Source: Phoronis australis
Taxonomy: Eukaryota > Animalia > Phoronida
DNA length: 64,000 nt
Direction: 5' to 3'
Assembly: GCA_002633005.1 (NCBI GenBank)
Contig: NMRA01000081.1
Location: 881,184-945,183, forward strand
Part shown: positions 24,173 through 38,900 of the stretch, in pieces
Layout: the number at the start of each line of letters is the position of its first letter
Numbering within the stretch: position 1 is the first letter of the stretch
The notes under the pieces: model-generated
Database searches by the model: none
What the model saw: only the letters and a program-made list of their open reading frames with translations
Told to the model about the DNA's origin: nothing
Made by a program: the position numbers and the translations under genes

Positions 24173-26899
24173 ATTATTAGACAACTAGAAAACGATGTGT
24201 GCCGGCGGTTGGGATGATTGATTGTCACAACTTGAGATAACTGTCAGTTACAAGTCGTGGGATCGCCTTGCCTTTCCACAAACGCGCCTGTTGAATGACA
24301 GGGATGCGATGAAATTACGAAAACAGACAGGTGTCCTGTTTTTCCGTAAAACTGTTGCCACAATTATTAGATACATGATGCAATATATTTGTAGAGAAAC
24401 TACGAGTGAGTAATATCAAATTCGTCATATTTTTCATGAAGGTGTCAAGTGGAAACGACTAAGACTTTATAGATGGTTTCAGCTTACCATATGTTTAAGA
24501 GCTAACGTATTTGGAAATTTAGTGTTAGAATTTTCAAGTGTACCTACCCAGAATATGTATTTGTCGTCTTAGATTTTCATTACTAATAAATGAGCAGACA
24601 AGCATGATATTTCGAGAAATGATAACACTGTAGGCCTACATTGTTAGTAAACTTTGTAACTGAAAACACTAGTTCTATGTGACTATTTCATGGTACGGAG
24701 CAAATTGGACGGAGGTGACATTAACGCAACTATGTTTCAAAGAGCTTGGTTACGTTTTCAAGCAGCTCCCTAACGCCAGTTCATAGTTTCAATGCTATTG
24801 TTCCGTGGTCAGGATTTTAGCAGCAGTAGCACACCAACCGTGAAGACAGTGAGGTCTCGAATAGCGGGCGAATTTATCTCCACGTCAACCATATAAAAGC
24901 ACGTTTTGGAACACTTTTATTGAAAAAATAATAATAACTGAGGGGGGGGGGAATATTTTCAAACAAATGACGGTCTCACACTAGCTGACCCTTGTCATTT
25001 AAGTTACTGAAGCGATCGAATGGCGAACACCTCAATTACTTCCAAACTGCATACACATGATGGTCGAAGTGAGACAGTGCCTGGCATTTGAGCTGTCACT
25101 AGTGTCCCTGTGATTTAAAAGTGATTTTCAGGGAATTACGCATTCGTTGTAAACAGTTGTTGAAATAGATAAATTTATGTAATAAAGGGGACGTGGTTGT
25201 GGAATATTGTAGCACGTCGTGACAGAAACTGTCTAAGCAGAAGTATAAGATAAGTGTACTCGGGGTAACATCAGATGTCCAGGTGGACATAACTAACTTT
25301 TAAGCCTACATGTCATCGAGCAATCCTCACTGGGGTCGTGTGAATTAGGGGTGCTTACCGAACATTTATCACGGAGGCGTAACGGCTCTTACCGCAATCC
25401 CCAAAATATTTATCTTCGGACATTTGCTTGCAAAACTGTGATGCGTCATGCATTGTAATTTAGGTTTCGAGGAAAGTTCTGGGCGTATGGCATTTTGTGA
25501 AAAGTGGCGAGGTGCTCAATTGTAGGTCAAAAAACAGCAAGAACGCTTCTCCTTTCTTTTTGGGACAGACATACCTCGGATGGTGACTGTACACATACGC
25601 CGACATTAAGCAACAGTGCATTGTTTTTAAGAAAACTCTAATTCTTCAAATAGAAAACGTTCGACTTGCTTTCAAGTTAGCTGCCAGTCGACACGAGATT
25701 ATCCAGCTCAAGACCAAGTACAAATATATGGGGGCGCAACACGTACCCGGAGGGCGCGTGTAATGACTGGGTTAACTCGAAAATCGAGGGCGTTAAAAAA
25801 GAATTTCAGTTGTGGCGACGGGAGAAACTCTATCGAATTACTATATGGACCCCAGACTTAAAATGGCTTATATTTCCCCCAACAAACATTGATCCGGCAT
25901 GACCGAGAGTCAGAGATTCAACAATAAAAACACAAGAAATAAACCATTTAGGCCTATTCTTTTTTATTTACAAGATTCATAAAAACATGATCACAGATGG
26001 TGATATTCATAGAGGGTTAACTCTGAAGTATTGAGCCAGTAGCCAGGTTAAAGTTCACCTCTCATTTTGACGAGACCCACCTATCCGTACAGCACTAATA
26101 CTCCAAATGACGCGTTTAACACCGAATATTTCAGTAATAGGCCTACGTTAGAAACTAATTTTGATATAGCCGTACCAGCTCTGAAACGGTACACAACGCA
26201 CAAACGGGGCAAGTCGCCACGTGACCATTCGTGTAACAAGACAGGTGCTGAGAAAATCCCTGGACTACCTGATGAGAAAAACACAGCATCAAAGGTCTCA
26301 CAATAGCATAACACCCAAGTAGAGTTACAGACTACCAGGTCCACAACCTTACAAACGTTAATAAATATCTAAAATTCAAAACTTTGACATGTAACCTTTA
26401 AATAATAAACAGTCTAGAACTGATAGTTCTGGAGAACTTACAAAGACACCAGCGGAAACTGTTTCATCCGAAGAATAAAATATCTTAAGACCAACTCAGA
26501 ATTTATGAAGTTACCACGAATGTGTTTACCCTGTAATACCATCCACTAATACACTTAACCAGGTATATTGCGCAGACAGTCTAGAACAAGAAAGCAAGAA
26601 AGGGCATATCCAACCTGAACCCAAAACCATACTGCGGTGATACCTGGTGCCTCAGACAACACACTAATGTATACAACCCAAGTTCCCTCTTGTGACATTG
26701 CAAGTGTTATCATATAATTCTCATTTCGTTATCTATACATGTATATACATATTATTTCTTTATTTAGTAATATACATGTATTAAGACATAAGGAACAAGT
26801 TATAACTGTGAGCATATCCAAAGGTTAACAAATAACTTATCTGATTGTCCCAAGGTGGTGCTGGAATGCCTCAGTAAAACATATTTAAAAACATTAGTT

Positions 26900-27360
26900 G
26901 GTGGTATGCACACAGTGAGTACAAGACCACATTCTATCAGGCTGTGCAATACTAGATACACAGAAACATTCAAGTCATACACAGCTAATTTGGTTATCCA
27001 CATGGCTAAAATAGGCTCTGGTGACCCTGGCTGGGAAACCATTAGTAAAGTTGATTCACGGAAATTCATTTCACTTTGGATGCATGCTGTTTAACATTTT
27101 GTGAACACATGTTTGCCTTTGATCAGAAGTATATTCTCTACATCTGCCGATGACAATACCCTGTCTTTAGCTAAAGTTGACTCATTATCTCAGTGTTCTG
27201 AGCAGAATCATTATCGAGGCGACAGTCTCTCACAGACAGCTTCACGTTTTTAAACCTGATGTAGGCCAATCTTTACTAATTTCAGGCTATTGGTGCAGGT
27301 GAACAGGTGTGCAATACCTCGTCACAATTTGTCATCAAAGATACCACACTCAAGTGCGAT
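26900..27360 (+). mobile_element. Decayed non-LTR retrotransposon (CR1/L2-like) reverse transcriptase fragment
   Basis: A frameshifted translation gives KIG....W.TISK...LFNIFVN.MF....ILY..ADDNTLS...AN...FQAI, matching the RT (Y)ADD motif region. Stops and frameshifts are present. Confidence 0.55.
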
Positions 27361-29998
27361 TTAACATGGTCACATTGTCAAGTTGTTCCAGAGGGCCTAC
27401 AGGAAACTAGCCCTGCTGAGAAAGCTTGGAGGTTACACAAGGTGAATACTTCCAAGTCATTAAGTTCGATCTTTTATTCTATGACAAGCACAAGGTGGAA
27501 AGGTTCAGAGGGTGCATTACGGCTTATTTATGACTACGTCTTCTATTTTAGTGATAACACAATTCTTACAATTTCCCAGAATAAAGGGTTCCACTCCAAA
27601 AACACAAACCAGATCAATGATATTCAAAGATGAAGCTGCGCTGCGTGGTCCTTCAAAAACATTGGAATTACAGTTTTAACAAGTAATGCTCAAGTTAGGC
27701 ATAGCAAATCAACAGTGGAGGAAGACCCACAGATTTTTGCATATTATTTGAAGCAAAATAAAATATTAACAAAATGACAAATTCCATACAATATAACAAA
27801 AGTTATACATTCTCAATCTGTAATGCTAGACTCTATGGAAAGTTTTCACAGTATTCAAAGTACATATTATGTACTGAAAGAAGGGTACTAATGTGTTGAG
27901 AGAGAGGAAATCCCCGAGATTTCACAGATAAAAATTTTGTGATAGCGCTAAGCTAAATAACTGAGCTGAATCCACTGGCTTTACAAACAGTAAAACCAGT
28001 TGGAGAAAGTGCTAACTGAATATTTGAGGAGAACCATGGCACGGCAACTAAAACCCCAGGACATGACCCAGTTGATGATTACACATTACCCCCTGCTATA
28101 ACATACCTCATAACATACCTCAATACAGGAAACTCAACAGCACATAATCCTGTTCAGCTATTGCACCAAACCAACAACATTAACGGACCTAAAGTCTTGT
28201 TAGAAGCGAGTTGTGTTGGTCACCACCAATACCAAGCTGACCAAACAAAAACCACCGAGCTGGAAAAAGCCCGTTCGATCCTCTGTCACTGCTAACAACC
28301 AATATGTAGTTGAGGTTCTCTTTTTCTATCATCTCTAATCAAACTCATGATCTCCTTTGAAATAACTAAGTTGGGGCCCAGCCCTCACTAACTAACGACT
28401 ATAATCTATCAAAATGAAGATTCTTCAGAAACACTTCACAGGACAATGGTTTAAACACAGAGCACCCTCATGAGCACACTGTACAATCTGTTAAGACTCT
28501 GCATGTTTACCTCATCTTGCACCAAGAAGGAAAACTTAAGTGTTCATAAACTCACCTTCCATCACAAAAAATTTTTTGTTTAGACCACTTAATGTTCCTT
28601 AGTCAAATTGGAGATGATCTTCAGGCTTCAAAACAACTGACAATTGGTTATTATCACAGACCAGGGTCTACAACTTGGCTTGGCACAGCTTGCCAGTTTC
28701 TCCCCCACGCCTGGTCTCTATGAATAACAAACTGTCAGTTCTTTGTAAACCCAGGCATCACTTCTTATCTGAATAGGGAACAAGTTCAGGCAAATATAAG
28801 AGTGGCAAGAGGACTAAATCAAAATTTCGCTTCTTGCTTCTTGGATGGAACACCGGTTTAACAAAATATTCTCATTAATTATCTTCCCTGAGAGTACACA
28901 CCCAATGCGTTAGACACATGTTCACTGAAATTAATAACTGATGACTTAAGGAAGTGCCAGTTTTGACCCATAACCCCATGACCCCTGACCTTTTGACCCC
29001 TGAGGACTTCAGTTAGTGACTAGCAAGAACTCAGCCTAAGGAGAAATGTACCATTCTTTCTAAAATCTATTGGTCTATGGTAAAGTCTCACTTATTTAGG
29101 GCACACTGTACATGACGTACAATAGAAATGTTATTTTCTCATTTTAAACAAAATATGTAACATCAAATTAATTCTTTACCATAGTCAAGTTCTGTTACCA
29201 TAGCTACCACCAGAAAATATTTTGAAAAATTACAGGCATTCACAACAATGTTAGAAGACCTCAAAATATGAAGAAATGGTAATCTTGGTAACTATTTTTG
29301 GCCAAAATTAGAGAATTTTTCAGTATTTACTCCATCTTCAGGGGTACATCATTCTTACACAAACGAGCACGAGTATGTGGTAGTCATGGCGATTAATGAT
29401 GAGCATTTCTTGGAAGTTTTGATGCACACGACCTTTCAGTTTTCAGTGGAATACTCACAACACAAACCCAGGCTCATTGTCCTAAGAAAGCTATAACACC
29501 AAAAGAAGACAAAAACGTCATAGCAATGTAAATAGACCAATAGAATTTAGAAAGGATGTTACCAAATCACAATCTCAAATAGGTTTCGAATGTTATGAAG
29601 GGGAAAAGGATCAAGTAGCTGAAAAAATTAAGTTTTGCTTTTCTCAGATGTCATCAACTTAATCTCAGTGAACAAGTGAACCTGATCAAGGTGTAACTTA
29701 TTGTGGCTATAAACTCATCTTCTGTAAAAAAGACCAAATTATGATATAGACCACTTACTGAAACAGGTCTCGACCTGTTCCCTGCACAGTGAAACAACGA
29801 TTCCTAGACTGGGAGAGATGTGAAACCTTCTTCTTACTGGACACACCAGGTCACACTAACTTATTGAGCACTGCCATCAGCTCTTCCACTTCTCCCAGAC
29901 ATTACTCCTAATCTCAACAAGGACCAATTGGAGACCAATAACTGTATGTGGCCTAAATCAAAAGTTAGTTAGACAGATGGCTGGTTAACACCAGCATT

Positions 29999-32900
29999 TT
30001 AAATGAGTTTCTTGGCTGTTCCAAACACGGTGTAGATGACCCATCCAAACACACAGATAGTAGCAGTCTGGTTAAACACGGCACTCCAGCTCTTGGTAGC
30101 CTCCAGTATGTGCCCAGCTACATAGACACCGACAAAGCCAGGTACAGCACCGGCCATGTTCATGACACCTGAAACAGTATGGTACATTGTCACCAAGTGA
30201 GAGCTACTGCTACAATACATACATGTACAGAGGCAACACAAACAGGAAACACGCAGCAGCTGATCATTACTTTAAAAAGCCTCCACGATCCTTGAAATGA
30301 GTGCATTTTTATGATGATCCATCAAGTGGTTTGGCAAATAAAGAGGCAGACACAAAAAGGACATCAAAATATTAAAATTTCCACTGAGGGGAATAATACT
30401 GGGTAAAACTGCCTAAAAGTAGTCAGCTGATGTCCTTACTGTGATAGAAACAGTCATCAGCTAAATTTCATAAAGATTTATTAACGAACTTGGTAGCTAT
30501 TGAGACAGGTGCAAAGGAAACTAAAATAGCCACTAGAGGGCACAGTACAAGTAAGATCCGACCTAAAATGGGCAGGTGTAGTCTTTTTCATGACAGAAAC
30601 ATACCTCCAAAATTTCTCGAACATTTATCAAAACTTAATAGATATTGAGGCGGACACATACAGGATGTCCACCAAGAAATCCTCAAAGGGGAAACATTCC
30701 CAAAATTTCACTAGAATCCTTTAAGCAGTTTGGCAGAAAGACAGGCAGACGTAACAAAACAGAACCGAAATACTTTGTGTTCTTGTCTCACCTAATTACA
30801 TGGGAAACGCACATAAAAATTGATTTTTTTCTCTACCAAATTAAATATTCAAGACGATGGACGAAACTGTGGAGAATAGACGCAGGCCAAAAGAAAACTT
30901 AATTGCAATTAGAGAGCACAGCAGAAGTCAGATCTCTCCAAAAAATGGCTGAACACATCCTCTCTTTGATACTAAATGTCTACAAAATATGCTTCAATAA
31001 TCAGTTTTGTAGATGGGGAGGTGAAAACATGACGGCCACACAGAGTTGACAACAAAATGTATCTACATAACATGTATTTGTAGGCTCATAAATTTATACC
31101 TACTATTACTACAGACAAAGCCTGTGATAAGAACTTTCTAAGACTTTATCTTTAACAACTCAAGACAACTGGAGGTGATGTCAGGTTTCCAGAGCTACTG
31201 TTGCAATTTTTCATATGATTTTTTAGTAAAATGACATCACTGTCGTTTTCTGGACTACTCTGTGGAGATAGGAATGAACTAAATGAATTCAGAAAACATT
31301 CCAGCCTGTTTACAAATGAATTACTGCTACACAATGTCCATCAAGCCACCTGAACGCACTCACAAACATTATTCCTTTACTTATGAACATGGCTCAGATC
31401 CGATAAATTCAATTCACCAAATCACAAACATATCTCAACGACCGTCAAACACAGCTCATCGATCGCCAGACACGGTGCCCAATTCACACAGCATGGGATA
31501 GACAATCAAAAATCTGGTGACAGGACTGAATAAAATCACTCACTGACTCCGTCTCTATATTGGACAACAAGTGGAAAGTTTGTGATTTCTGATACTTTTT
31601 TTAGTGTGTAAGCTATGCTTTGTAAGCCCAGTACCATATTTGGTAGCTGAGGAGCCGTACTTGATGGACAGTAAACCGTGTTTGTGAATCAGTAAATTGA
31701 GTTTATTTCGTGCGGCAGATGTGTTAATAAGTGAATGAACTAAGTGCTAACGATAGCAACAGCATTCATGACCAGTAGAAGTCTTGTTACTTTGTCACTC
31801 CTAAAAAATCTAAGGCCATGCAAATAGCATGAAACAAATATAAACACCAAGTACATTGGTGTAACAACTTGAAATACAAATCACCCGCGTTGTATCACTG
31901 GCCAGACATGTTGATGGAACATAAATAACTGTACAATGCGAACCCAAGTTGTGACACTTACCAAACACAGAGCCAGCGTACGTGGGGGCTATGTCTTGAG
32001 GATTAACTAACACACCACTGTTGTGAAAGCCAGAAAACACCATGGCCATGGCCATGCACAGTAATGCTCCCTGGAACTCAGTGACATAGGAAATGAGGGA
32101 AAGGGATACGGCTATCCCTAGTAATGTGGCAGTCTGCAAAAAAAAAGACATTACACATTTAGTGGTAGAAAAGGAGCAAGAGATGCATAATCATGACCTA
32201 CCAATGTACCAAGTCTTGGAATTACCAATGAAAAAAGAGGAAAATTTTCCAGGTGATGCATTGTTCTACAAATAAACAGACTTATGTGATAGAAATATTT
32301 TTATGTTTTGTAAAAGTTAACTGCAAGAAATGTTTTTTGCACAAATAAAGTCAAAATAATAATAAAAAGAGACAAAAAAGAGAAAACTGGAAATCAAAGG
32401 AAAATGGGAAAATGAAATCATAAAGGAGGAAGTTTTTAGGCCCCGAAAACCAGGAATGTTGCCTCGATTGAGCACACTGAGAAGGCAGACATGGATTCCC
32501 ACAATGACATGAAATTTTCAAGTGACATAACCAGATTTACCAAGGAGGTAAAGTAAAAAATTTGGTGTGATTATGAAAAGAAAAATAGGATTTGCTAATT
32601 GCAGTTGCCTTACACATGCAACATTCTTGAGGTGACATAGTTGGTGTTCATTAATGTCCTCCAACATTACATGTCAGTTCAGGCTATGTCTGACCTCTAG
32701 TGTGTCTACATTGTGAAACACAACTCAGCAATGAGAGAAATACCCCAAGTGAATCACTTAGCAAATGATGCATGCATAGTTATTAAAGTCGTTATAAGTC
32801 ACATTCTGATGATAAAAATATTAATTTCTCTTCACAGGCATGCTAATTTTGCTCGTCTAAACATCATCACGTATTTAACATTTATCTAGGTGGAACAAAC

Positions 32901-35900
32901 TGCCTGCAATTTCCCTGACTGAACGACTGAAATTTTATCTCTGTGACAAACACTTTAAACAGCCAGGTTCAAAGTAATTACAAGCTGCCAGTTCCCCTGA
33001 TTGCTAGAAATCATTTTAATCTGAGTAAGGAACAAGACGAGAACGATTTTGTAACAGGTAGTAGCCTTAAAACAAATGTCGTTTGACAGAAAACACTGGT
33101 TCATTGTACCTTTAAGTAATTTAGGTCAAGAGAAAAGTAAATAACAATGAAACACATCCAGAATAACCAGTTATTCACAGTTTTAGTAGATTCAATACCA
33201 AAAAACAGCTTTCTCACTTAAAGCTATATTTCACCTGTTCAGTGTAAACCTTGAATTCTTAACCAAAATGCTTTGGGGTTTAAAACATTACCATGCTCAT
33301 TCGAATTTGAATTATTGCCGAAAAAGCCAGCAACACAAGTCACAGGAGCTATTTTCAAATCAGCAACTTTAGGGTTGGCGAACCCCAATAAACTCTGAAG
33401 AAATTTGCCGACGGTTTTGGTATTTTTTGGTATCAAAAATAGAGTATTATGGGACCCATTTTATGGTAGTAAAATGTCTAATACGTTTTTTGGTGTTTAG
33501 ACAATTTAGCAAATGAAGGCAAAATGCAGAAGCACAATTTTCACCTCAAAAGTCATTTGTGGTAAAATTCAAGCATCCAAGTTTTTTTCCTCAGTCCCGT
33601 AACTGAACAAATGACTGATAATGGCAGCTCCTCAAAGACACAATATTTATAAGGCTAGTAAACCCCATTTTGGTGACTTCAACCAATCCACTTTCTGCCA
33701 CCTAATAATGTACCATTGGCGTCACACTTGAGTGATAAAAGCAGGATTCAACTATAAGAACTTGTACTTTCTTTGTCACCGTCACAATTTGGTCTGACTT
33801 GTACATGATTTGAATAATTAAGAGATTGCTGTTGTTAGTTGGTCTATGCAGAGCCAACCCCTTTGTATTGTTATGCAAATCTGCTCGTTTTGCAAGTGCA
33901 GATAGCTGTCACGATTATGCTGGTATGCACCTGTTACTGGGCGGAGAGCAGTTGTGCCTTACTTAATATTTGAAGCACATGGTGCTCATACCAGTCAAAA
34001 CGCTCTGGAACACGTAGGTGTGTTTTGTATCGAATATTTGTTAGTACAGGTACTTAATACTTATATGTTATGCTAGTCAGTTTAATCTACTTGAGCGTTA
34101 CGTGACTTAGAATTTCTTCTAGATGTAATTCGAAAACACGTTTATGCTATGGTTGGTTATTGAGTCGGTTGACTTACTTGATACTGTACCTAGTATGTAA
34201 TTTCTAGGTGACCCTTAAGTTTTATCACCACGCAGCTGAACCATGGGTGCAGGAGGCTGGTCAAGCTGGGCGGCGTAATATTTGTCCGCAAGAGGCTGGT
34301 CAAGCTGGGCGCCGTAATATTTGTCAAGCAGTGAAAATCTCTAGTGCTGAGAAGCCAAAGTTGTGGCACGTGTAGGACCATAAAGAGACACTGAGACCTT
34401 TGTGAACTATAGCAATTCTTGTATCGGCAATCATTATTATGAGTTTGTGAGTTTTGTGTGTGTGTTTGAGAGGTAATATATATTTTGTTATTAACTTGTT
34501 CTGTTTTGTGTCTTGAGAAATTGTCTGACACTAGAGGAACTTGACAGTCACAGATAGGATATTATGGAACTTTGTGGGTGGTCTTTCCCAACAGTTGCCA
34601 TGCAACTCTTCTAAAGCCCGTTTAGCAGACTTTCTAAGGAATTTTCAAATTTTGCTAGAAATATCTGAAGGTTGTCGAGGCTTAGAGAGCGAAAACTACC
34701 TAACTCCCTTATTTACAGTTCATTATGCAATTTCCTTGTGGAATAATTTCAACAAAAAATCATATAAATATACACCGCTTATCATAAGTATCACGACAAA
34801 TTAAGACTTCCTGTCATTAGAGCAAACTTAATTTACTGCAAAAATTCTTTGAATAAAATTCTAACCATAGAGTAATATTTTCACTGTGTTAGCTTTCTTG
34901 CGAATTCCCTGGCATGGGAGACAACTACCATAAAATGACAATGAAATCCGCTCACTCTCACCCATGACAGGGAATTCTGAGTCATTTTGTCCGATTACTT
35001 TTGGAATGAACTGTTCCGTTGGTAATTCAGGTAATACTTACGTTCATAATTTTACGAACTACAGTGACTGTGAATCCTGTAAAGAAAAACACCAGAATGA
35101 GAGACTTCAATGACAATGTTGAAATAAAGCATACTAAGATTATCATATGAAGAGCTCTTGCATGTTTTTTACATTCAATTATATTGACTGTATCAACCAC
35201 CATGCATCATTGGACCTGTTGTTCTATGAGCCCTGAACTCTACTTGAGATTAAGAATTAAACATGAACACGATAAACAAAACTAATCCCAACTTTAAGCT
35301 CTTAGGAATTTGATTCATTTTCTAGTGTTGGTTCTTGAAAAAAAAACAGGATGAGAACACAGGGCTAGGTTGATTCTTACCTTTACTGATCAAGGCATCA
35401 GCCAGAAGTCCCCCTATAATAGTGCTGGGAATGCAAACTGCCCACGGCACCACATTGAAGACCCAGCCCTGCGCAAAAAAAATAGAAACTGTGTAGAAAT
35501 TGCTACAACTGCAGTGATACAAAATTTCATGAAAGGACTCTAAAGAGGGAAACTGAATGATAGTGATGACGATGATGACAAAACAATAAAGATACACGCA
35601 GCTTTATGGTAGACGATACACAAACAAAAAGGCAGTGAAAAACTAGTTAAAAATAAAAGAGCAGTCATCAATAATTTACGAATAATTTGACAGTGGAAAG
35701 TTGTAGACAGTGAGAAACTTATAACACACTACAGATAGCCCTTGACAAGAGGCACACGTTGTGTGTAAATTTCATGTCAAACAAATAGGATTTGTGACCA
35801 GTAGCACTAAAAACAAATTGGAATATTTTTGTTAATAAATAATTGTCAAAAGACTGGTTTAACACGCTAATGGTCAGTCATATGGTGCCCGCATTTGGAG

Positions 35901-38900
35901 AACCAGTTTTCTCCACTGAACAGTAGGCATCAAACTGGTTCTCAAAATGTGGGCACATTTGACTATTGCCATTCACCACTGCAACTATTGCTTTCACGCT
36001 AAAACTGCAACCTGACATGTTTTACTATATCATAAGTCATTGTGTGACTGAAGCTGACTATAAAGATGTAGCTATTTTCTAATGATCTGCATCAACTTTT
36101 GTTTACAAGCCATGAGGTCTACTAGTCTTGTTTGTTCTGTAGAACCAACCACTAATAAATCTCAGAGCATTTACTCTGCAGTGAAATTTGATACCAAATA
36201 TCATTATGGTCAAGGTTACTGACTGTTTTCAAATGCCCAAGACACAACTAGAGCCATTTTGAATATTTAACATCACATATTTCAATTAGAAACAATAATT
36301 AGGATACTTTGCACATACCTTTGCGTTTCGGAAGTTCTCATGGAAATACGTAGGTAACCACGATAGTAGAATGAAGAACGCATTATTTTGACATACATGA
36401 GCAATGAGCATAGACCTGCAATGAAACAACCTCAACTACAACGGCGATAAAGCCACATTCATACTGTCACTAAAAATAAGATTTACAACTGAGACATTAA
36501 TAATGCTGCACAGACACAACACTAGAAGGACAACAGACACTTTCCAATAAAGTGGTCATCCAATAAAGTCGCAATATATTCATTTGGATATATCAGAGAA
36601 AATGCCTTCAGCATCTCGTTTCGTCTTGTCCAACAAAATTTGAGATTGGATCAAATGGAAGTTACTTTCATGCTCTCACTACACAAAAGAGTAGTCTTAA
36701 CAGGACACAGAGCCCTCTTTTAATTTTAGCTGTTCGTGCTGTACCCCAATTGCATTTCTTGCACTCTCTTTTCCAGCCTTTTAGTTCTGTTAAGCCATAT
36801 AATATTTGCAGCCTTAATATCCTGCTGTGTATTGTGTAAACCCACTCTCACTTATCCTTTATGACAGACTATAACTTACATGTCTTATTTCAACATAGCT
36901 GGAAAATAGCAAGGAAAGAAATAATAGATAATACCGCTACTCGCCGTGTAGAAAATGACTCATTTCGATTAAAGACTTTGCAGTCTCTATTGATCAGTCA
37001 TGAAAAACTTGTGACGAATGAGCAACTCACAGGTGTTTACCACACGCTGGCTCCATTCCGTTAGGCTTTTGGGCTTCCTACCACGCGTTACATTCACACT
37101 CTCTGCTTGTATGTTCTCTTGCCTACCCTCACTGTTTATTTTGCTTATACCATGTACTTCTACATGTTTATTTTACCTAGTGCCAGAGTATGTGTGCTCT
37201 CGAAATGTAGCTACTATCTTAAAGTATTTGTTTACCATGCCTATTGGCAATTTGCTTTACAATTGCCCACGGGAAGACCGAAAATTGTACAGAGAGTATG
37301 AGCGAGTGTACAATCAAGCTGTCCAGCAGAAAGTGCTTAGTAGTGTTTTCAATCAAGTTTGTATTAAGGGTTGCTACTGAACTATGCTGATTTTCTTGTC
37401 ACCAGATGTACCCGTGCTGATCTACAGGGAGTTTGAAAATGATGGTTCCTATAAGAACTGGCTTGTTTCTCGTTACATCGTGTCAGCCATTTTGAAATCC
37501 CTGTCTAGCAATACTAACCAGAATGCTGCTGTTGTAAACAACGTGTGATAAGGAGCCGCTACACTTTTGGACGGAGTAACTTTGGAATTAGCAGCGACGA
37601 AGTTCTCCTTCACAGAAATGATCGTCCTTTTCCGTCGATCTCGAGCGATGAGGAAAAAACGTAGAAATATTAGCCATGCCATTCCTAATAAACCTGAAAA
37701 CAAACCGAATGAAGATCAGTTACAGCAATACCATAACTTCTTTGGGAATACCATTTGAATGAGCTGTCACAGGCTCATAAGGTAATGATATTGAAATGTT
37801 TGTAACTAACGGCTATGTACCTATGTTTTGTCGAAGAAATCAACTTCTGATGTAGATCACATACCATTATGAAATTGGGTCTCAACTTGTCCCTTTTCCA
37901 GATTAGAATTTGAAAAAGACAACAAAGAGCTCACACTACACAGAAGTTTTGACTTGACCTCAAAAATTGCAGGGTAAAGCCGGGGAATCTACCACTTAAC
38001 AGTTTCGTTTTCTTTAAAGAAGAATGCTTATTTTAGAGAAAATTTAAAAACTAACACACTTTCAGCATGCACAAATATATAGACATTACAAACTGAGCCA
38101 AATGTCCATACTAGCTGGACGAATTATCATCATATGGTAATTTAACTGCGTACATGGGTGGGAAGCCTAAGTACTGAAATATGAGTGTAATGTAGATCTA
38201 TGAATAATTTGTGTACTGAGCAGAATTAATGGACCATTCCTAATTGTTTGATTTACATTGATGATCTCGGCAAATTTAGCTATACATACTTGCATGCAAA
38301 TGTTTTCAGACAACAGATGTCAAGCATAGGTTTATAAATAAAGTGGGTTTTGAGAGTGAAACAACAACATGGAGGACATCGCCAGATCTAAACTATACAA
38401 ATAAGTCTCCTTCTCTAACGAGATTCCCCGCAGTTCAATTATTCAATGGAAACATAGACTACAGTACATGGACCATCAAGTTCGTATATTTTGAATGGAC
38501 AAAATTTGTGATCCTATGCACAAGCCATGATGTCATTATTTACTAGCAATACATGGCAGACACAGAACGTTTTACTTCCGCCATGTACATCATCTGCTAA
38601 TCATGGTCGGCTGTTGAGTGGTCGGGTAGCATTGCCAAAAGTACTCACGATACCAACAGTTCTACTACTGAAAGACTTTGAACAGTCTTTCAATGCTGAA
38701 ATTATTATTTTTTTGTTGTACTAAACAGTAAAAAAAGAATTTCCCGTCACAATACAGCTGAGTGTGCTATGTTTCGAGGGTGGCGCCTCCTCTAGGATAT
38801 TATGAAAGAAAATGTCAGAGTTGCAAATCTGTTGTCTATAATCTATGGTGGAAACAATGATTGATAACATTCATGACTTTCAGTTCAATTGACTTGTTAT

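Noticed and set aside
21834-24184. Alternative-frame and antisense ORFs overlapping nAChR exons (21834-22355, 21973-22179, 23822-24184)
   Set aside because: Shadow ORFs caused by GC-rich codon usage in the true exons.
33830-34546. Solo LTR (TG...CA-bounded segment)
   Set aside because: No matching 4-6-bp TSD for the end pairs I checked, and no second copy in the window.
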